This document shows, piece by piece, positions 40,655 to 54,614 of a stretch of 64,000 nucleotides of DNA. The translations under genes were made by a program, and so were the position numbers. The stretch lies in contig OX597832.1 of NCBI GenBank assembly GCA_951406725.2, forward strand, positions 37,200,001 through 37,264,000, written 5' to 3'. The notes below the pieces were generated by a model that did not search any database, had not been told where the DNA came from, and was given only the letters and a program-made list of their open reading frames with translations. Positions within the stretch are counted from its first letter, which is position 1; every line of letters begins with the position of its first letter. The stretch is from Octopus vulgaris. Taxonomy: Eukaryota.

Positions 40655-41257
40655 TATTATTATTATAACTGAGTGAGAGAGTAGTGCATGCCATCAAAGT
40701 GGCACTGAGGTAAAATATACGAAGTCCAGTGTACCCATCATGACTACCCGTCTGATAAAAGTACACTAGGTACATGCATCACAACCATATGTGCGCGACA
40801 TGGTGATCTCATATCAAGATAAACCGCACATGACCTTGCAGGTGAGGCCCAGTTAGAATTTCCTTCTGGTCGAGTAACCCATCCCACTCAAAAGGTCCCT
40901 GAATAAGGGTTGTTTAAGGATGTTGAACGAAACCGCCATGTTTCCAGAGGTGAATTATTCAAATCCTAAAGAATCCCTCTCAACACATGGCTATGATGCC
41001 CCCCACTATTTTTGCTCGTGATCAGAGATGCACATATCGTCAGCCACTAAGGGACATGGTCAACTGGTTAAGGTCAAACAACTGACAAGCAAATCTGTGG
41101 TATTGAGCAGAATATTTGCTGTAGGTCATCTTTTATACCAAGACAAAACAATGTACATGATGACACTTCCAATCAGTTAAGATCAGAAGCCAGGAGAGCA
41201 ACTGCCTGGTACTGCATCAGGGCATTGGTACCGCATCAGGGCATTGGTACTGCATCA
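40655..41257 (-). mobile_element. About 570-bp non-coding retroposon with a (TAA)n tail and reiterated 5' end
   Basis: Minus strand starts with 2-3 tandem GCCCTGATGCRGTACCAAT units and ends CTCTCTCACTCAGT(TAA)4. No ORF and no tRNA head. Confidence 0.55.
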
Positions 41258-42016
41258 TAAAATAAAGAACCAGTTAAATTGTGCGGTCAATTTCATCGAT
41301 TAACTCTTGTCCATTAATTTGTGATCTTATGCCATTTTAACTATTTACATGTAAGTAGATTTAGTATAATGGTGAACTCTATCGTACTCTGGCATCCATT
41401 GAAGTACCGGACTAGGTACTGCAGTGAACAAGTATCAACGCATCACTTTATACAGCAGCAGAGACTCCATGGAGCTATGAATTGTACCTACTCATTGTAC
41501 TTATTTCCAACTATCGTTCCAATCAACCAGTCTGTTTGGTCATTCGACCAGATAGAAAGAGCAACTTAATCTCCCTTAAATCCCTCCCTACAGTCTTAAG
41601 CAAACTAAGAGAAGACAATATTGGATAATGTAGCCCTTTTGAGCACTGGGTCTAAATAAAAGGTGGGATGGTTATGGCATACAATACCTTTGACCAAAGG
41701 ATTACTTGATTAGGTGTGACACAGGGCTAAACAACAGCAACAACAACAACAACGATAACAACAACAACAAGAGCTGTGTCATTGACTTTTCAGCGCCGGT
41801 TGACCGGACGCGGGCATTGTGGATACTTCAGCCAAGAGGCCGGCACCCCACCGCCTCGAATGGGTTTGTTTCTCTTAATTTGATTATTAAAGACATCAGA
41901 TTTCAATTTACAGGAAATATGTTCTGCGATATTCTGCTATAACGTATATAAGATTCTCCCCATGAATCTTAAACCAATCTCACTTCTACGCTTGTAGTAT
42001 ACGTGTGTAATATTAC

Positions 42017-42071
<55 letters not shown>

Positions 42072-42264
42072 CACATGTAAATATATATATATATGTATGT
42101 ACACATGTAAATATATATACATATATATATGTACACATGTAAATAAATACAAGCACACACACACATATATATACACAGACACGGAGTACATATACATATA
42201 CACATATATACATGTACATGCGCATGTCAAGGAATTTATGCATGTGAATATATACATACACACA

Positions 42265-42332
<68 letters not shown>

Positions 42333-42539
42333 CACACAGAAAGAGAGGAATGCACAGGGTGAATTGTTACAAACATGTATATATGTATATATGTGTATTA
42401 CATATCTATATAATAGATAATGTATATATATTTTATATATATATATATACATATATATATACATGTAAATATACACATGCATATATATACAGTATATATA
42501 TATAAACATACACACACACTTACAGAGGTATGTATGTGC

Positions 42540-42583
<44 letters not shown>

Positions 42584-42643
42584 ATATATAGTGCGTGTGT
42601 GTATGTGTGTATATTTTGAAACATGTTTGCATCTACCTGCGCG

Positions 42644-42728
<85 letters not shown>

Positions 42729-43368
42729 ATCTATCTATCTATCTATCTATCTATATGTGTGTGTGTGTGTGCATCCATCCTCTCATCTCTGTTTCTAATA
42801 TATGTGTATGTTTTTGTTTATGAGCGCGAGTTTGTGTGCGAGTGTTTCTTTGTGTGTGCACGCGTGTATATATATATATATATATATGTAAGCATTCGCA
42901 CATGCACACACACACACACACACACATACACACACACACACACACACACTGGAATGTAAGCACCATGTAGCTAATTAGTTAAGCCACTTTCAGATTAAAG
43001 TAGATCTATGCGGAATTACTTCAATAATGATGTCCGAAGCCAGCAAAACTACTGCAAGATCGGAAAAACAGATTAGATACAAATTGTATACCTATTTGGC
43101 AATTCGTTCCAACATCAAGCGAATGTTTCCGTTGCAACGGCTTTAACCGGATGTAACCGTGCGGTTTTACCGTTCGTTTGGTTAAGATTATTCGCCACAA
43201 GACGCTGTCATTAGCTGAGAAGATTTTAGTTAACGATATCAAATCTTAACGTGACATGTTGTCTTTAATTGATACTGTAGGCAGGGAAGCTAGTTATTAT
43301 GATATTTTCAATGGAATTTAGATTTGGAATTTTACCTAATTTATAGATCGCTGATTAACAGAACTCAT

Positions 43369-43775
43369 GTGACACCTGATGGCTTATAGCCTCCATAACG
43401 GAATAATAACTTCATTGCAGCTTATATGTTCTCTACTATGTGCAGAAGACTTTACAGAAGTGACACCTGGTGGCTGTATTGTTGGTAATACAATATAACC
43501 TAAACAATTACATATGATTTCCAGAGAGATGCTGGATGTCCATTAGCGACACCTGTTGCCTATCGCTAAATGAAAATCATTCACCAGATTTTGGTTCTTT
43601 AATCCGATAGGATTGTCCAGTAGTGACATCTAGTGGTTATTCCTGAAAACATAAAGACAAGAGAGTTCATGGTGGGCCGTTCTATAGTCGTGTTAGAAAG
43701 GTCACATGGTCTCTAGAATGATAATACCAACTAGCAGAGACACCTAGTGTTTTATTGTTGACAGTATACAATTGA
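43369..43775 (-). promoter_or_regulatory. Cluster of five co-oriented CTCF-like motifs (putative insulator)
   Basis: Minus strand: CCATCAGGTGTC (43371-82), CCACCAGGTGTC (43462-73), GCAACAGGTGTC (43548-59), CCACTAGATGTC (43625-36), ACACTAGGTGTC (43739-50). Confidence 0.6.
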
Positions 43776-44111
43776 AAGGTTTCTTTTGACAATAGACCAA
43801 ATCAAATATCAATTTTCAAGAAGTCACAAAAGGCTGATTATCCATCGCCGAAGACAAGAACAACAACGAAAACAACAGAACACCAATACCGACACCACCA
43901 ACGCAACTACCACTTTCACCGATTACTACCACTACCATAACCATCAACAACTCAACACCACCACCATTACTAACAGCAGCAATAACAATAGTAGACATCA
44001 AATGCCACATTAAACGCACGAGAACACACACAAATATAGAGATATTTTCACACACTAAGAAAAGCGCACACAAGTAGATAGGCATGTAAACAGAGAACTC
44101 AAAACGCTTAC

Positions 44112-44160
<49 letters not shown>

Positions 44161-44769
44161 GCCCACACATACACACACATATGCACACACACATACACGC
44201 ACATACACACACATACACCAAAGTAGGAATGGAAAATCAAAATACCCTCAACTCTATATCTCCGGAATCTCAACGGATATCTTGTGAATGACTTCAGCTT
44301 TGACAAAGATCTTGTCAGATGCATCGCACTCGATTTCGGCATCAAATGTAGCCAAGCAGCACCATTTATATTAAAAGAGAATTAGGAAAAACTAAGCATA
44401 CTGCTCTATGATATTGGCAGTCTCAAAACACTTTTGGAGAGTTAAAACAAAACGAAAAACAAAAAGCAAAAAAAAAAAAAAAAAAACTGAACATGAACCA
44501 TGATCATATTGCATTGACAAAAGAAATAATTTAGCATAATTTCAACTCCCGAGTTATATCGAGCTGACGAGGTCATAAGGAGAGCGAAATAGTGTTGTTC
44601 AGGACTACTAGGAACTTCAAGAACTTTATCGCACGGAAGTGGATAAAAAAATTATATAGAAAGTTGTGTATGCTCTTCACTGTTTAATGTAATTATAAAT
44701 TCCCAACACGCTTAAGGCTTAAAGTTAAAGGCAATTCTCTCTTCCTTAGTGGTAGTAGTGGCGATGGTG

Positions 44770-44802
<33 letters not shown>

Positions 44803-44829
44803 CTGCAGCAGTTAACTATGTGTTTGAAA

Positions 44830-46190
44830 AGAAATATTCCGCTTCAACCACACACAAATGCGCGTGCATAAGACACATTGAAACTCTCAAATATATTCCG
44901 ATAAAACAGAACGGACCAAACGAAGGCGGAAGCTTCAAGACATATAAAATGATGCGTCCACAGCAGAGACATCACGGGTGACACTCGATTGCTCAAAGCT
45001 GATGGGATAAGACAAACTAATTATCCAAGTAGTAAGTGGAAACTTGCTACGAGGCGAGCGGACAATTGGAGAAATCTTCGGTGTAAGAATTACTACCAAA
45101 CAAGTGTTTCGGTTCATTAATTCTTGACACCCTAAGAGAACTGGACCTACCTAAGTCATGACTCCTAGGTGCCCTCTTTCTGTTTTCGAAAATGCTGTCT
45201 TTACTGGGGATTGAACTATGGAGCCTCGAGTGATCTAATTTTCCTGAACCATGGTGTATACCGCTCGGTTATGAAGTTTATTGAAATCTGGGTTTTCAAG
45301 ATTCATATCATAAATAAGCCAGATGAAACACACATACACACTTATAGAATAAACATTTACACAAAGAACCACAACGCACCCCGCCGCACACACATTACAT
45401 CTTCATCATGACTAACTGCCACATTAGGTTATGCACTCCACACCCCCATTAGCTCAACACCCTCCCGAATATTATCATTGAGAGAATGGACGTGAATGTA
45501 AATAACATATTTTGATTAAAAAATTACATATAACATAAAATGTGATATGATACCATAACAACTAAACTTACTTTATATTTCACCCCAGACAACACCTTCA
45601 GCTTCGCAAATTGAGTTACAGAATTGTATGCCAATACCAATTGTATGCCAATACCAACACTCTGTCTCAACTACCGACTCCCCCATATTATTTTTACGTG
45701 GTACTTATCAGTAAGCGCAACAAACATAGCTTCAGAATCTTCGAAACTGTCCTAATGATATATATACCAAGCGGAGTCTTTCATTTGATGAAATACCAGA
45801 AAATTAACATGAAAATCCCGGCAACTCAAAAGATATGAGGCCTAGTAAAATCTAATATATATATATATAAAAGACCTTGGGTAGAAAGCTAATGTTAAAT
45901 TCATCCTCTTCAGCCACGCATACCAAATTGACAAATCTCCCGAAATTTGAATCAAAATTAAAACGATTCCATCTAAGAAGAACCAAACAGATGCAACGTG
46001 ACACTTCTACCGCCATTCTAGCAACATCTTAAACGTTCTATAAAGATTAATCACTAACTCACAATTTCGATTATCCCAACACGTATTACATATTCAGTCA
46101 GCTACATTCAACCAACATATTACTCATGAACCTTATATAAAAGATACATAACATTATTAACAATAGAACAAAACGACACTCACCATTCGA
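44830..46190 (+). mobile_element. Very decayed Penelope-like RT remnant
   Basis: Scattered weak motifs only (MDV..NI near 45487, NTFSF near 45591). Confidence 0.3.
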
Positions 46191-47681
46191 AGTGTGAATA
46201 GTATGAACAAAACGCTTAATTGTATTTCTTGTTCCTCCAATTCTACAGAAGGAATCTCTACGTGGCTGCTCGACCTTCTAGGTCTTTCACTTACACCATA
46301 CCCTAACGCCTTAAAAAAGGAGACGTTGGATAATGAATCTAATACATGGAAAAGAAGACAGGATGACCACGGCTGGAACGCGTTTCACCATAGTTTAGAA
46401 ACAACTCCAAACACAAACCAGTGAGGAGTCTCTGCATGATCGCTTGACTTGTAAGATAGGGTAACTAAATTTCTTATGAAAAGAACAAGTCGGATGATGC
46501 TGTCCAGCTTAAACAATTTCTGAAAGAAAAACAAATGGTGGTGGTCTTGATTGGAGCACCTTTTATTAGAAGCCTCATTAATCGAGACTGACTTAGGACC
46601 AAACAATGATGCCAAATATTGGTTAATTTATTAAATCAGCAAACATCTTTAATATTCAGCAATTCATGTAAGTATCTGCAATTTCGATATTAGTGTACCA
46701 GAAGATATTCGTCCTCTAACCTTCTCTTAATATCTTCGCCTCCAATACACAATACTAATAGCATCTTCTATAACCTAATAGTAAACATAGAAAGAGAAAC
46801 TATGGCATGTTCCGTTAGTTGATATTTAATGTTTAGGTTTTGTTGTTTTAAGATAAGCGAAAATAAAATCCGACTTCAGTGTGGGAAACACTTGTAGTAA
46901 GATCGATCATAAATGTTGTCTTACGATGAAATTCGGTCATTAGGTTTCGCTACATCTGCTTATCCATGCAAACTACCATTGCTTGATCGAACTTTTACAT
47001 GTGCCCAAAGCTATTAGAAGGGCAGGAAATATGTTGCAAGGCAAACGGTAAAGTTCTTCGTTAATTTGAATGATTTACGCCAGAGATTGGAGAGGAAACT
47101 GTATGACAATATTACACATTAAGCATACACACATACATAGTAATTAATATACATATAAAAACACAGGCACATACACGCACACACACATATGTGTGCATTG
47201 TATATACATAAGCTGATGCGCATACATACATACGTGCATACATACACGCATACATATATGCATACATACATACATACATGCATATATACACACATACATA
47301 CATATATACATACATACATATATACATGCATACATACATACATACATACATACATACTTATACATACGTACATACATACATACATACATACATACATACA
47401 TACATACATACATACATACATGCATATGTACACACATACATACATACACGCATAGAGAAAGAGAGAGAGAGAGAGAGCGGAGTGGGGTGTAGAGTGAAAG
47501 GTGGGAGGGGAGAGAGATAGAGAGAGATAGCGAGGAGAGGGATTGTGCCTAGGTATACACACAAGGAGTGCGTACATGTATATACATATATACATACACA
47601 TATTCATACATAGAAAGGTATATATACGCAACTTCACACACACACACACACACACTCAAATATACATAGATACATATATAC

Positions 47682-47721
<40 letters not shown>

Positions 47722-47815
47722 CCGTTTATACATAATTGCTGAAGAAGAAAACGAAGCAGAAAGGATGGCAGAAGGTGATGGTAGAAAAAAGAAAGAAGAA
47801 AAAATAGATAGATAG

Positions 47816-47868
<53 letters not shown>

Positions 47869-47916
47869 CAGAGAGAGACAAATAGGTAATTGAACTCACA
47901 TATGCACATACACACG

Positions 47917-47947
<31 letters not shown>

Positions 47948-48269
47948 GTACACACAAATACACACAAATGTACACACACTCACACACACACATATACACA
48001 CATACATGATAGAAGATAGAGTAGAGAAAATGCGAGATGGATAGAGATAGAGTTAGAGAGATGTGCTCTAATAGTATCAACAACAGAGGGAGAAAGATTC
48101 ATTTTAACTAACGCTAGGTCTGCTCCAATTGACTGGTATCCTTAGGCCAGTTTTTGGTACACAGATCACATAGAAAGATACATACATACTTGTATACCAA
48201 CATACATATATACATACATTCATACATAGATTTTAAAATATACATCTACACCACTAGGAATCTCGCTAA

Positions 48270-49797
48270 CACGATTATGGCTGGAACTTACTCCACCACA
48301 GATGAAACTAACAAACTCCACCACCGATGAAAACAGAACTACTTCACCAGTAAGTTACTTAAGATGACGTAAGTACTCTTCTCATTTTACTTGGACTCAA
48401 CAACTAAACCAAGATTTACTTCGGTACTATGAAAAAGCCCGAGATGACCCTTCAGTCGGATACATGAACCGGTTAAAACAATACCGGATGAAGCTCATCC
48501 CAACTTAAATACCTTCACGGCGAAATAGGTCCGACAACAAGCATCTTTTGTGAAAAAAAAAATCAACTGATCCTTGGTCCTCCCCAAACACTAAAAATGG
48601 GTCAAAATCTTCCAGAAGCGGAGTAAAAAAATTATATGTAAACAAGCCGCCGCTCCCGCCATCGCTAAATTCGGGTGTGTTTCCAAATTTAGCCGAATCA
48701 GTAGCGAAGACTGTGGAATACATCCAATTCAAAAACATTTTAAAATTACAAAAAAGTTTTCTACTTTCTCGAGACTTTCGTTGAGCAACAGACTATTCCC
48801 AAGAAGAGTGAGAAACAATCCGACTGATCCAATGTTTAAGGTGTATCAACAATATTGCTGGAGAGTACGTGGAACCATGTGATGTTAATTACTGGATTAC
48901 AAATACTCTTATATACACAGCTGCTATTGCTCTTAAAGAACACTTTAGGAGTAATCTACAGTGAACAGAGTAACGAAATTACTAAACGGAAACATCGTAG
49001 ATGGAAAATAAAACTTGAAGAAAACAACAACGTGCGCCGCCATATTGGATGGTTAACTACAACGATAAAATGTAAGGAGAAAATGAGTTTACACCTCACC
49101 AATTCTACCTTAGACAAAAATTAATGAAACCTTAGAGCAACTCTTCACACCGAGCGGATCTTTTCCTTTTGAACGGCAGTTTGTAACATAATTTCTAGGT
49201 AACTAAAAAGTTTTAAACTTCGTATACTGGTAGGATGTGTTTATAAAACATCATTTTTTCTTGGTTTTATTGAGAAAATTCTATAGTTTGTAAAATATTT
49301 CGTCTGAAAATCCTAGCATTTCGGCAATTTTAACCAATCGATTACCTCCATTGAACTAAAATCATTTGCTGCGTCGAAAACTTAGACAACCTCCTGTAAC
49401 TAACCCTAAACCTCCCCCTAACCCTAATTTTTTTTTCTTAATTGTTAAATTAATTTAATTGTTACGCGTGTAAAAAAAAAATAAAGCAATGGAAAATAAT
49501 TTAAACAATTAACAAACAAAATAGATCCCACCGAGCTCTTGAGGGAAAGCTAATCACTTTAAAACATGAACTCAGGACGACGAGCGAGAAACTCGGCTAT
49601 CGCAAGCGAATTTTTGAGCGAGCCAGCATCAATCGCAACTTTGCTTCCAACCTACAAATATTATCCAAAGAGACGAGGGAAGTAAATATTACCATTAAGA
49701 AAGCTTTTTCCCAAGAAGATCTACAATCATTCTGGTCGAAAATTTGGAACGAAAAGACAGGGATTTCAACCTGAATGCATCATGGTTGAATACAATA
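48270..49797 (+). mobile_element. Dong/R4-clade non-LTR retrotransposon, 5' part of ORF, decayed and interrupted
   Basis: FTWTQQLNQDLLRYYEKA..GYMNRLKQY..HP, TNTLIYTAA, RWKIKLEE..VRRHIGWL and LKHELR..INRNFASN..FWSKIW..FNLNASWL match the R4/Dong N-terminal region. Confidence 0.75.
49156..49528. mobile_element. Non-autonomous DNA transposon with GG termini and 8-bp TSD (Merlin-like)
   Basis: Ends GGATCT...AGATCC. Perfect TSD CACCGAGC at 49148-49155 and 49529-49536. Internal TAACCCT motifs. Confidence 0.8.
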
Positions 49798-50399
49798 TTC
49801 TTTTGTCTCAACTAAATGTACGTAATACACACATACACACTCACACACTCACACACACAGACGGGCACGCCCGCGCGCGTGCACACACACAGGTGTCAGG
49901 TGTTGGGTTGAGTCTAGTTTAAGTGCTTCTGTCCTCTTTTTTTTTTTAACGTTGTATATCAAGGAATACTTTCGAGTTTATAGACTCGTCTTTGTAAAAT
50001 ACTATTTGTATATTTTCTTCACCCTTTCTTTGCTGGGTTGTGAAAAGTCGATATTGTAGTAAAGCACCATTTTTTACTCTTTGACTTGTAAGAGGCATTG
50101 ACCTAATTTTAGTGTTTTTTTTTATAGCTTCATCAGTGGTTAATTACTCATTTTCTAACCTCAGAATGAGTAGTAACTTATTGCTATTTATAATAACCAT
50201 CACCCTGATTAGAACAAAATTAGTCTGCTTTAATTTGTATAATAGTGCATGTATTGGTTGTGTGAATAATTAATTAATAGAGGTATTAGAAAATAGAGGT
50301 GTAGGGTAATTTCACGAGGATATGTTTTTAATAAATAAGCATTTGAATCATTTACCACAATTCTTTCATTATCCAAATTAACTGAAGGATATCTTTGAC

Positions 50400-51111
50400 T
50401 TATTGTTAAATTAATTTAATTGTTACGCGTGTGTCTAAAATTTCCTTTTGAACGGCAGTTTTCAACACAATTTCTAGTTAACTAAACACTTTTAAATTTC
50501 GTAAACTGGTAGAATGAGTCAAAATAGAACATTTTTTTTCTCTTGGCTTTCTTGAGAAAATTGTAATTTGTAAGTTTAACGTAGTTTAATTTTTCGAATT
50601 TTAACCAATCCTATGCCCTCTATTGAGCTAAAATCATTTGCTGCATCTAAAACTGAGACAACACCCTGTCACTAACCTTAACCTTAAATTTTAGCCTTTT
50701 GTTTTTTTCTTAATTGTTAAATTAATTTAATTGTTACGCGTGTGTCTAAAATTATTCGTTTTGTTTTTGTTTTGAGTTTTTGCTTTCGTTTTAGCCTTTC
50801 GTTTTTTTCTTCTTAATTGTTATCCTTAAATTAATTTAACAATTAAGAAAAAAAAACGAAAGGCTAAAATTTAGGGTTAAGGTTAGTGACAGGATGTTGT
50901 CTGTTTTAGACGCAGCAAATGATTTTAGCTCAAAAGAGGGCATAGGATTGGTTAAAATTCGAAAAATTAAACTACGTTAAACTTACAAATTACAAGTTTC
51001 TCAAGAAAGCCAAGAAAAAAAATGTTTTATTTTGACACATTCTACCAGTATACGAAGTTTAAAAGTGTTTAGTTAACTAGAAATTGTCTGCCGTTCAAAA
51101 GGAAAAGATCC
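50400..51111. mobile_element. Fold-back element of the same family with about 285-bp inverted arms
   Basis: 50441-50730 is the reverse complement of 50827-51105. Right end AAGGAAAAGATCC matches the 49156 terminus. Confidence 0.85.
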
Positions 51112-51223
51112 TGAGCAGCATCTGTACACCTATCTGACCAGTTTCACTGTGAAATTTACCTGGATTTGATCGCTCTCCCTTGATCCTCTAAAATCACAAT
51201 AAAATATTTTATGTTTATATCAG

Positions 51224-51548
51224 GTGAAACCTTGTGGTGTGTAACATTGATTACCTGCCATTCTAAATGAGATGACAGTAATAGTGCATCTCGGAAGAGC
51301 ATGTCTGGTCATTTTTCTTCATTGACCGGACTGTTGACAATCACCGTGGTCTTAACAAAGTAAATTGAACTGTGGCAGATTGGGCTAGTGACTGTTAAAT
51401 TACTTGGTCTTAGATAATGTTCATTGAATTATATATCCTTATACTGCCTATGTGTAGCTAGGTAGAGCGGGCTGTTGAGATATAAATTATATGCCCACAA
51501 AATGGAACTTATTGTCTCGGTAATGGACACAGCGCAGGTTTTCGTCCG
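51224..51548 (+). other. Candidate host exon with possible start codon at 51502
   Basis: Acceptor TTTTATGTTTATATCAG|G and donor CCG|GTAAGT. CAAAATGG opens MELIVSVMDTAQVFV, ending in phase 2. Confidence 0.35.
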
Positions 51549-51959
51549 GTAAGTCTATCGGAATGGCACGAAGTAGTGAACTACATTACAACGTGGTATC
51601 TACTTACAGTTAAGTGGACTGGACTATTGATAAACAAGTGTAATTTAGTAGTGGTTATAGATACAAAGCAGCACATTTCAGAGGTCACGAGGTTACACGT
51701 CGTATAATCTAGTCAACATGTCAAGCACCCTAGCTAGCTGGATACCCGAGATGCAACCCAATGGTGTAACCCAATTTGGCCATCCTATATTCTCTGAAAG
51801 CATGCTCAGACCACTGAGAGATGTAAAACTAATTGAATCAAGGCCTGTAATATAACAACTAATCGACTTACAGAACTAACTGAGCCTGCAGTCATAGAAT
51901 TACAGTTGTAACTGACCGACTGCTCAGTCTGTTTCATGCTAGAAGGATTCTATGATTAT

Positions 51960-52300
51960 CGTGTATTCTACTGCCATGTTGCCATGATGTGTTCAAAATC
52001 TGTGTCGTGTCTCATCATCATACTATGTTCCTTCGTTGTGTTCCATCATCATGTTGTGTTCCACTGCCACAACGTGTTCCACCACTACACTGTATTCCAC
52101 CGCCATGCTGTTTTTCTATCAGCTTTATGTATTCTTCCCCATAGCTATTGTGTTCCACTGCCAGGTGCGTTCCACCGCCTTCCTGTATTTCAGTGCCATC
52201 CTGTATTCCACGCCATACTGCGTGTTCTACTATTCTGTGTTCCACCGCCATCATGTATTCCGCCGCCATATGTGTCCACCGCCATACTGTGTTCCAACGT
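51960..52300 (+). repeat. Degenerate 18-bp minisatellite (TGTRTTCCACCGCCATNN)
   Basis: Roughly 15-20 diverged units; explains the VFHxH ORF. Confidence 0.8.
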
Positions 52301-52426
52301 CATTTTGTGAGCCACGCCAAAAGCAATCACATGGTCGCCATCTTGTCTCTTAGAGACAAAAGCGTTTCTCTAAATTGCTAGAGTTGCAATTAGCTCATCG
52401 TTTGCTTAATTATGCCTTCGTGCATA

Positions 52427-52440
52427 GTTGTCATAGTAAC
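52427..52440. promoter_or_regulatory. RFX X-box-like palindrome
   Basis: GTTGTCATAGTAAC compared with the consensus GTTGCCATGGCAAC; TCAGT about 20 bp downstream. Confidence 0.4.
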
Positions 52441-53056
52441 AGATTTATGGGAAAATCTGTCTCAGTGAGTGCAATGAGAGTGCAGTGACAGTGCAGACAA
52501 GGTGCAGCGGTAGGGAGGCCTTAAACAGCAGAAGTAACCCGCTGTTTACGAGAGTCCAGTTGCAAATAGTGTGACATCAAGTGTAAACTAGATTAATGTG
52601 TACACATGAGTATGCTTATATTTGTCTACTAGTATGTGTATGTGCGTACGTGTGTGTATGTGTGTGCGTGTACGCGTGTGTATGTGTGAGTTATGTTGTT
52701 ATATATGTGTTTATGTTTGACAGATGGCGTTAAATACGAATATATGTGTTCTTGCTGTAGTGCAAGTGTGTTTATGCATGCATATGTATATAAGTCTGGG
52801 TGTGCTTGTGTATAGATTTCTGACAGGTATTATGGGGTTATAAATGTAGGTGAGTGTATGTGCATATGTGTGTATATGTTAGGTAATATTACAGGTGTAT
52901 ACGTGTGAATGCGAGTGTGTTGAGTTGTATGTCGTATACATTCATGCATATGCAAGCCTACACATGCACATATATACCGACATTAATATGTCTATGTAAT
53001 ACATGTATGTGTATACATACATACTCACACAATATATATGCATATATGTAAATATA

Positions 53057-53177
<121 letters not shown>

Positions 53178-53178
53178 G

Positions 53179-53227
<49 letters not shown>

Positions 53228-53660
53228 ATATGCATGTATTAGCGACGTGAATAGCAAATAACAGGTCGAAGCTTAATCAAAATGCAATCTTTGGATTTAA
53301 AATATTAAGGAAGTTGAAGTGATCTTTGACGTTTCGAGTTTAAGGATATTTTCAGAAGGTTGGATATTTAGATAGATAAACGAAAAGTTGTTTTATGAAG
53401 GGAGCCTGAAGAAATGGAACAATGTATATTGGCAGTATATATAAATATATATGATATATATACATATAGATACATACATACACACATATGTATATATATA
53501 TGTATACATGTATATATATATATGGAAATACACATACACACATGTGCATACACGCATGCATACACACATACATATACATACATATGCAGACACAAACATG
53601 CATAAACAATCTTACATTTGTATGTATGTATGTATGTATGTATGTATGTATGTATGTATG

Positions 53661-53700
<40 letters not shown>

Positions 53701-54258
53701 TAAGAGAAACTACTGAGTATATATATTTGTGTGTATGTGTGTTTACGTATATATGCGTATACATACATATATGTATATATATATAAATGTATGTATATAT
53801 ATGTATACATGAATATATATATATATAAATGGAAATACACATACACACATGTGCATACATGCATAGCGTCACATGCTAGAAAAAGACGCCAAGTGGCTCT
53901 AAAACTACCTTATTTATCATATAGAAACAGGCTGAAAGCGAGGGAAATGAACAAAAAAATGTTTTTAAAAAAGTATAGCCTAGATCGATTTCTGGTTTAG
54001 GGATGTAATACCCTTTACCGTCTTCAGTATGATAGGATTCAAAGTACATAATTATATACGTTTATACATACCATACGAATACAACTCATCCACAGGGCAT
54101 ATACAAATGTTCTCATGTACATACAAGTTAAATCTAGTTCGCTCATCTCAGCCACGTGTGAATGACCAAAGTAATTCAGCAGCGAATAAATTGGTTGAAA
54201 CGAATTCATATATATCATTATAATCAATGATAAAATTTACACAACACACACACACACA

Positions 54259-54344
<86 letters not shown>

Positions 54345-54348
<4 letters not shown>

Positions 54349-54515
54349 ACGAAAGACGAAGACGGGCGTGTAAACAACAAGCATATGTATTGTTTTAATG
54401 CCCGGGAAGCGAGAAGGTCTTTTACGTTTCGAGCCTACGCTCTTCAACGGAAAGCAACGCAGAAATAAACAGTGAAAGTCAAAAAAAAAAAAGTGGAGTG
54501 GCTAGTGATCGATCA
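54345..54515 (-). mobile_element. Penelope-type terminal fragment with a degenerate hammerhead-like motif
   Basis: CTTT-CCGTTGA-A-GAGC-GTAG-GCTC-GAAACGTA-AAAG; abuts (CA)n. Confidence 0.55.
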
Positions 54516-54614
54516 TATTACCAAGATGTAGTGTCTTCGCCTACCTATGATTGTACTGTATAGTGAAATCTCCACTCGCTACAGAAAAAAGCCCTTAAAA
54601 AGATGATAAGACAG

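Noticed and set aside
49398-49427. Interstitial telomere
   Set aside because: Only 2-3 imperfect TAACCC units, internal to a DNA transposon
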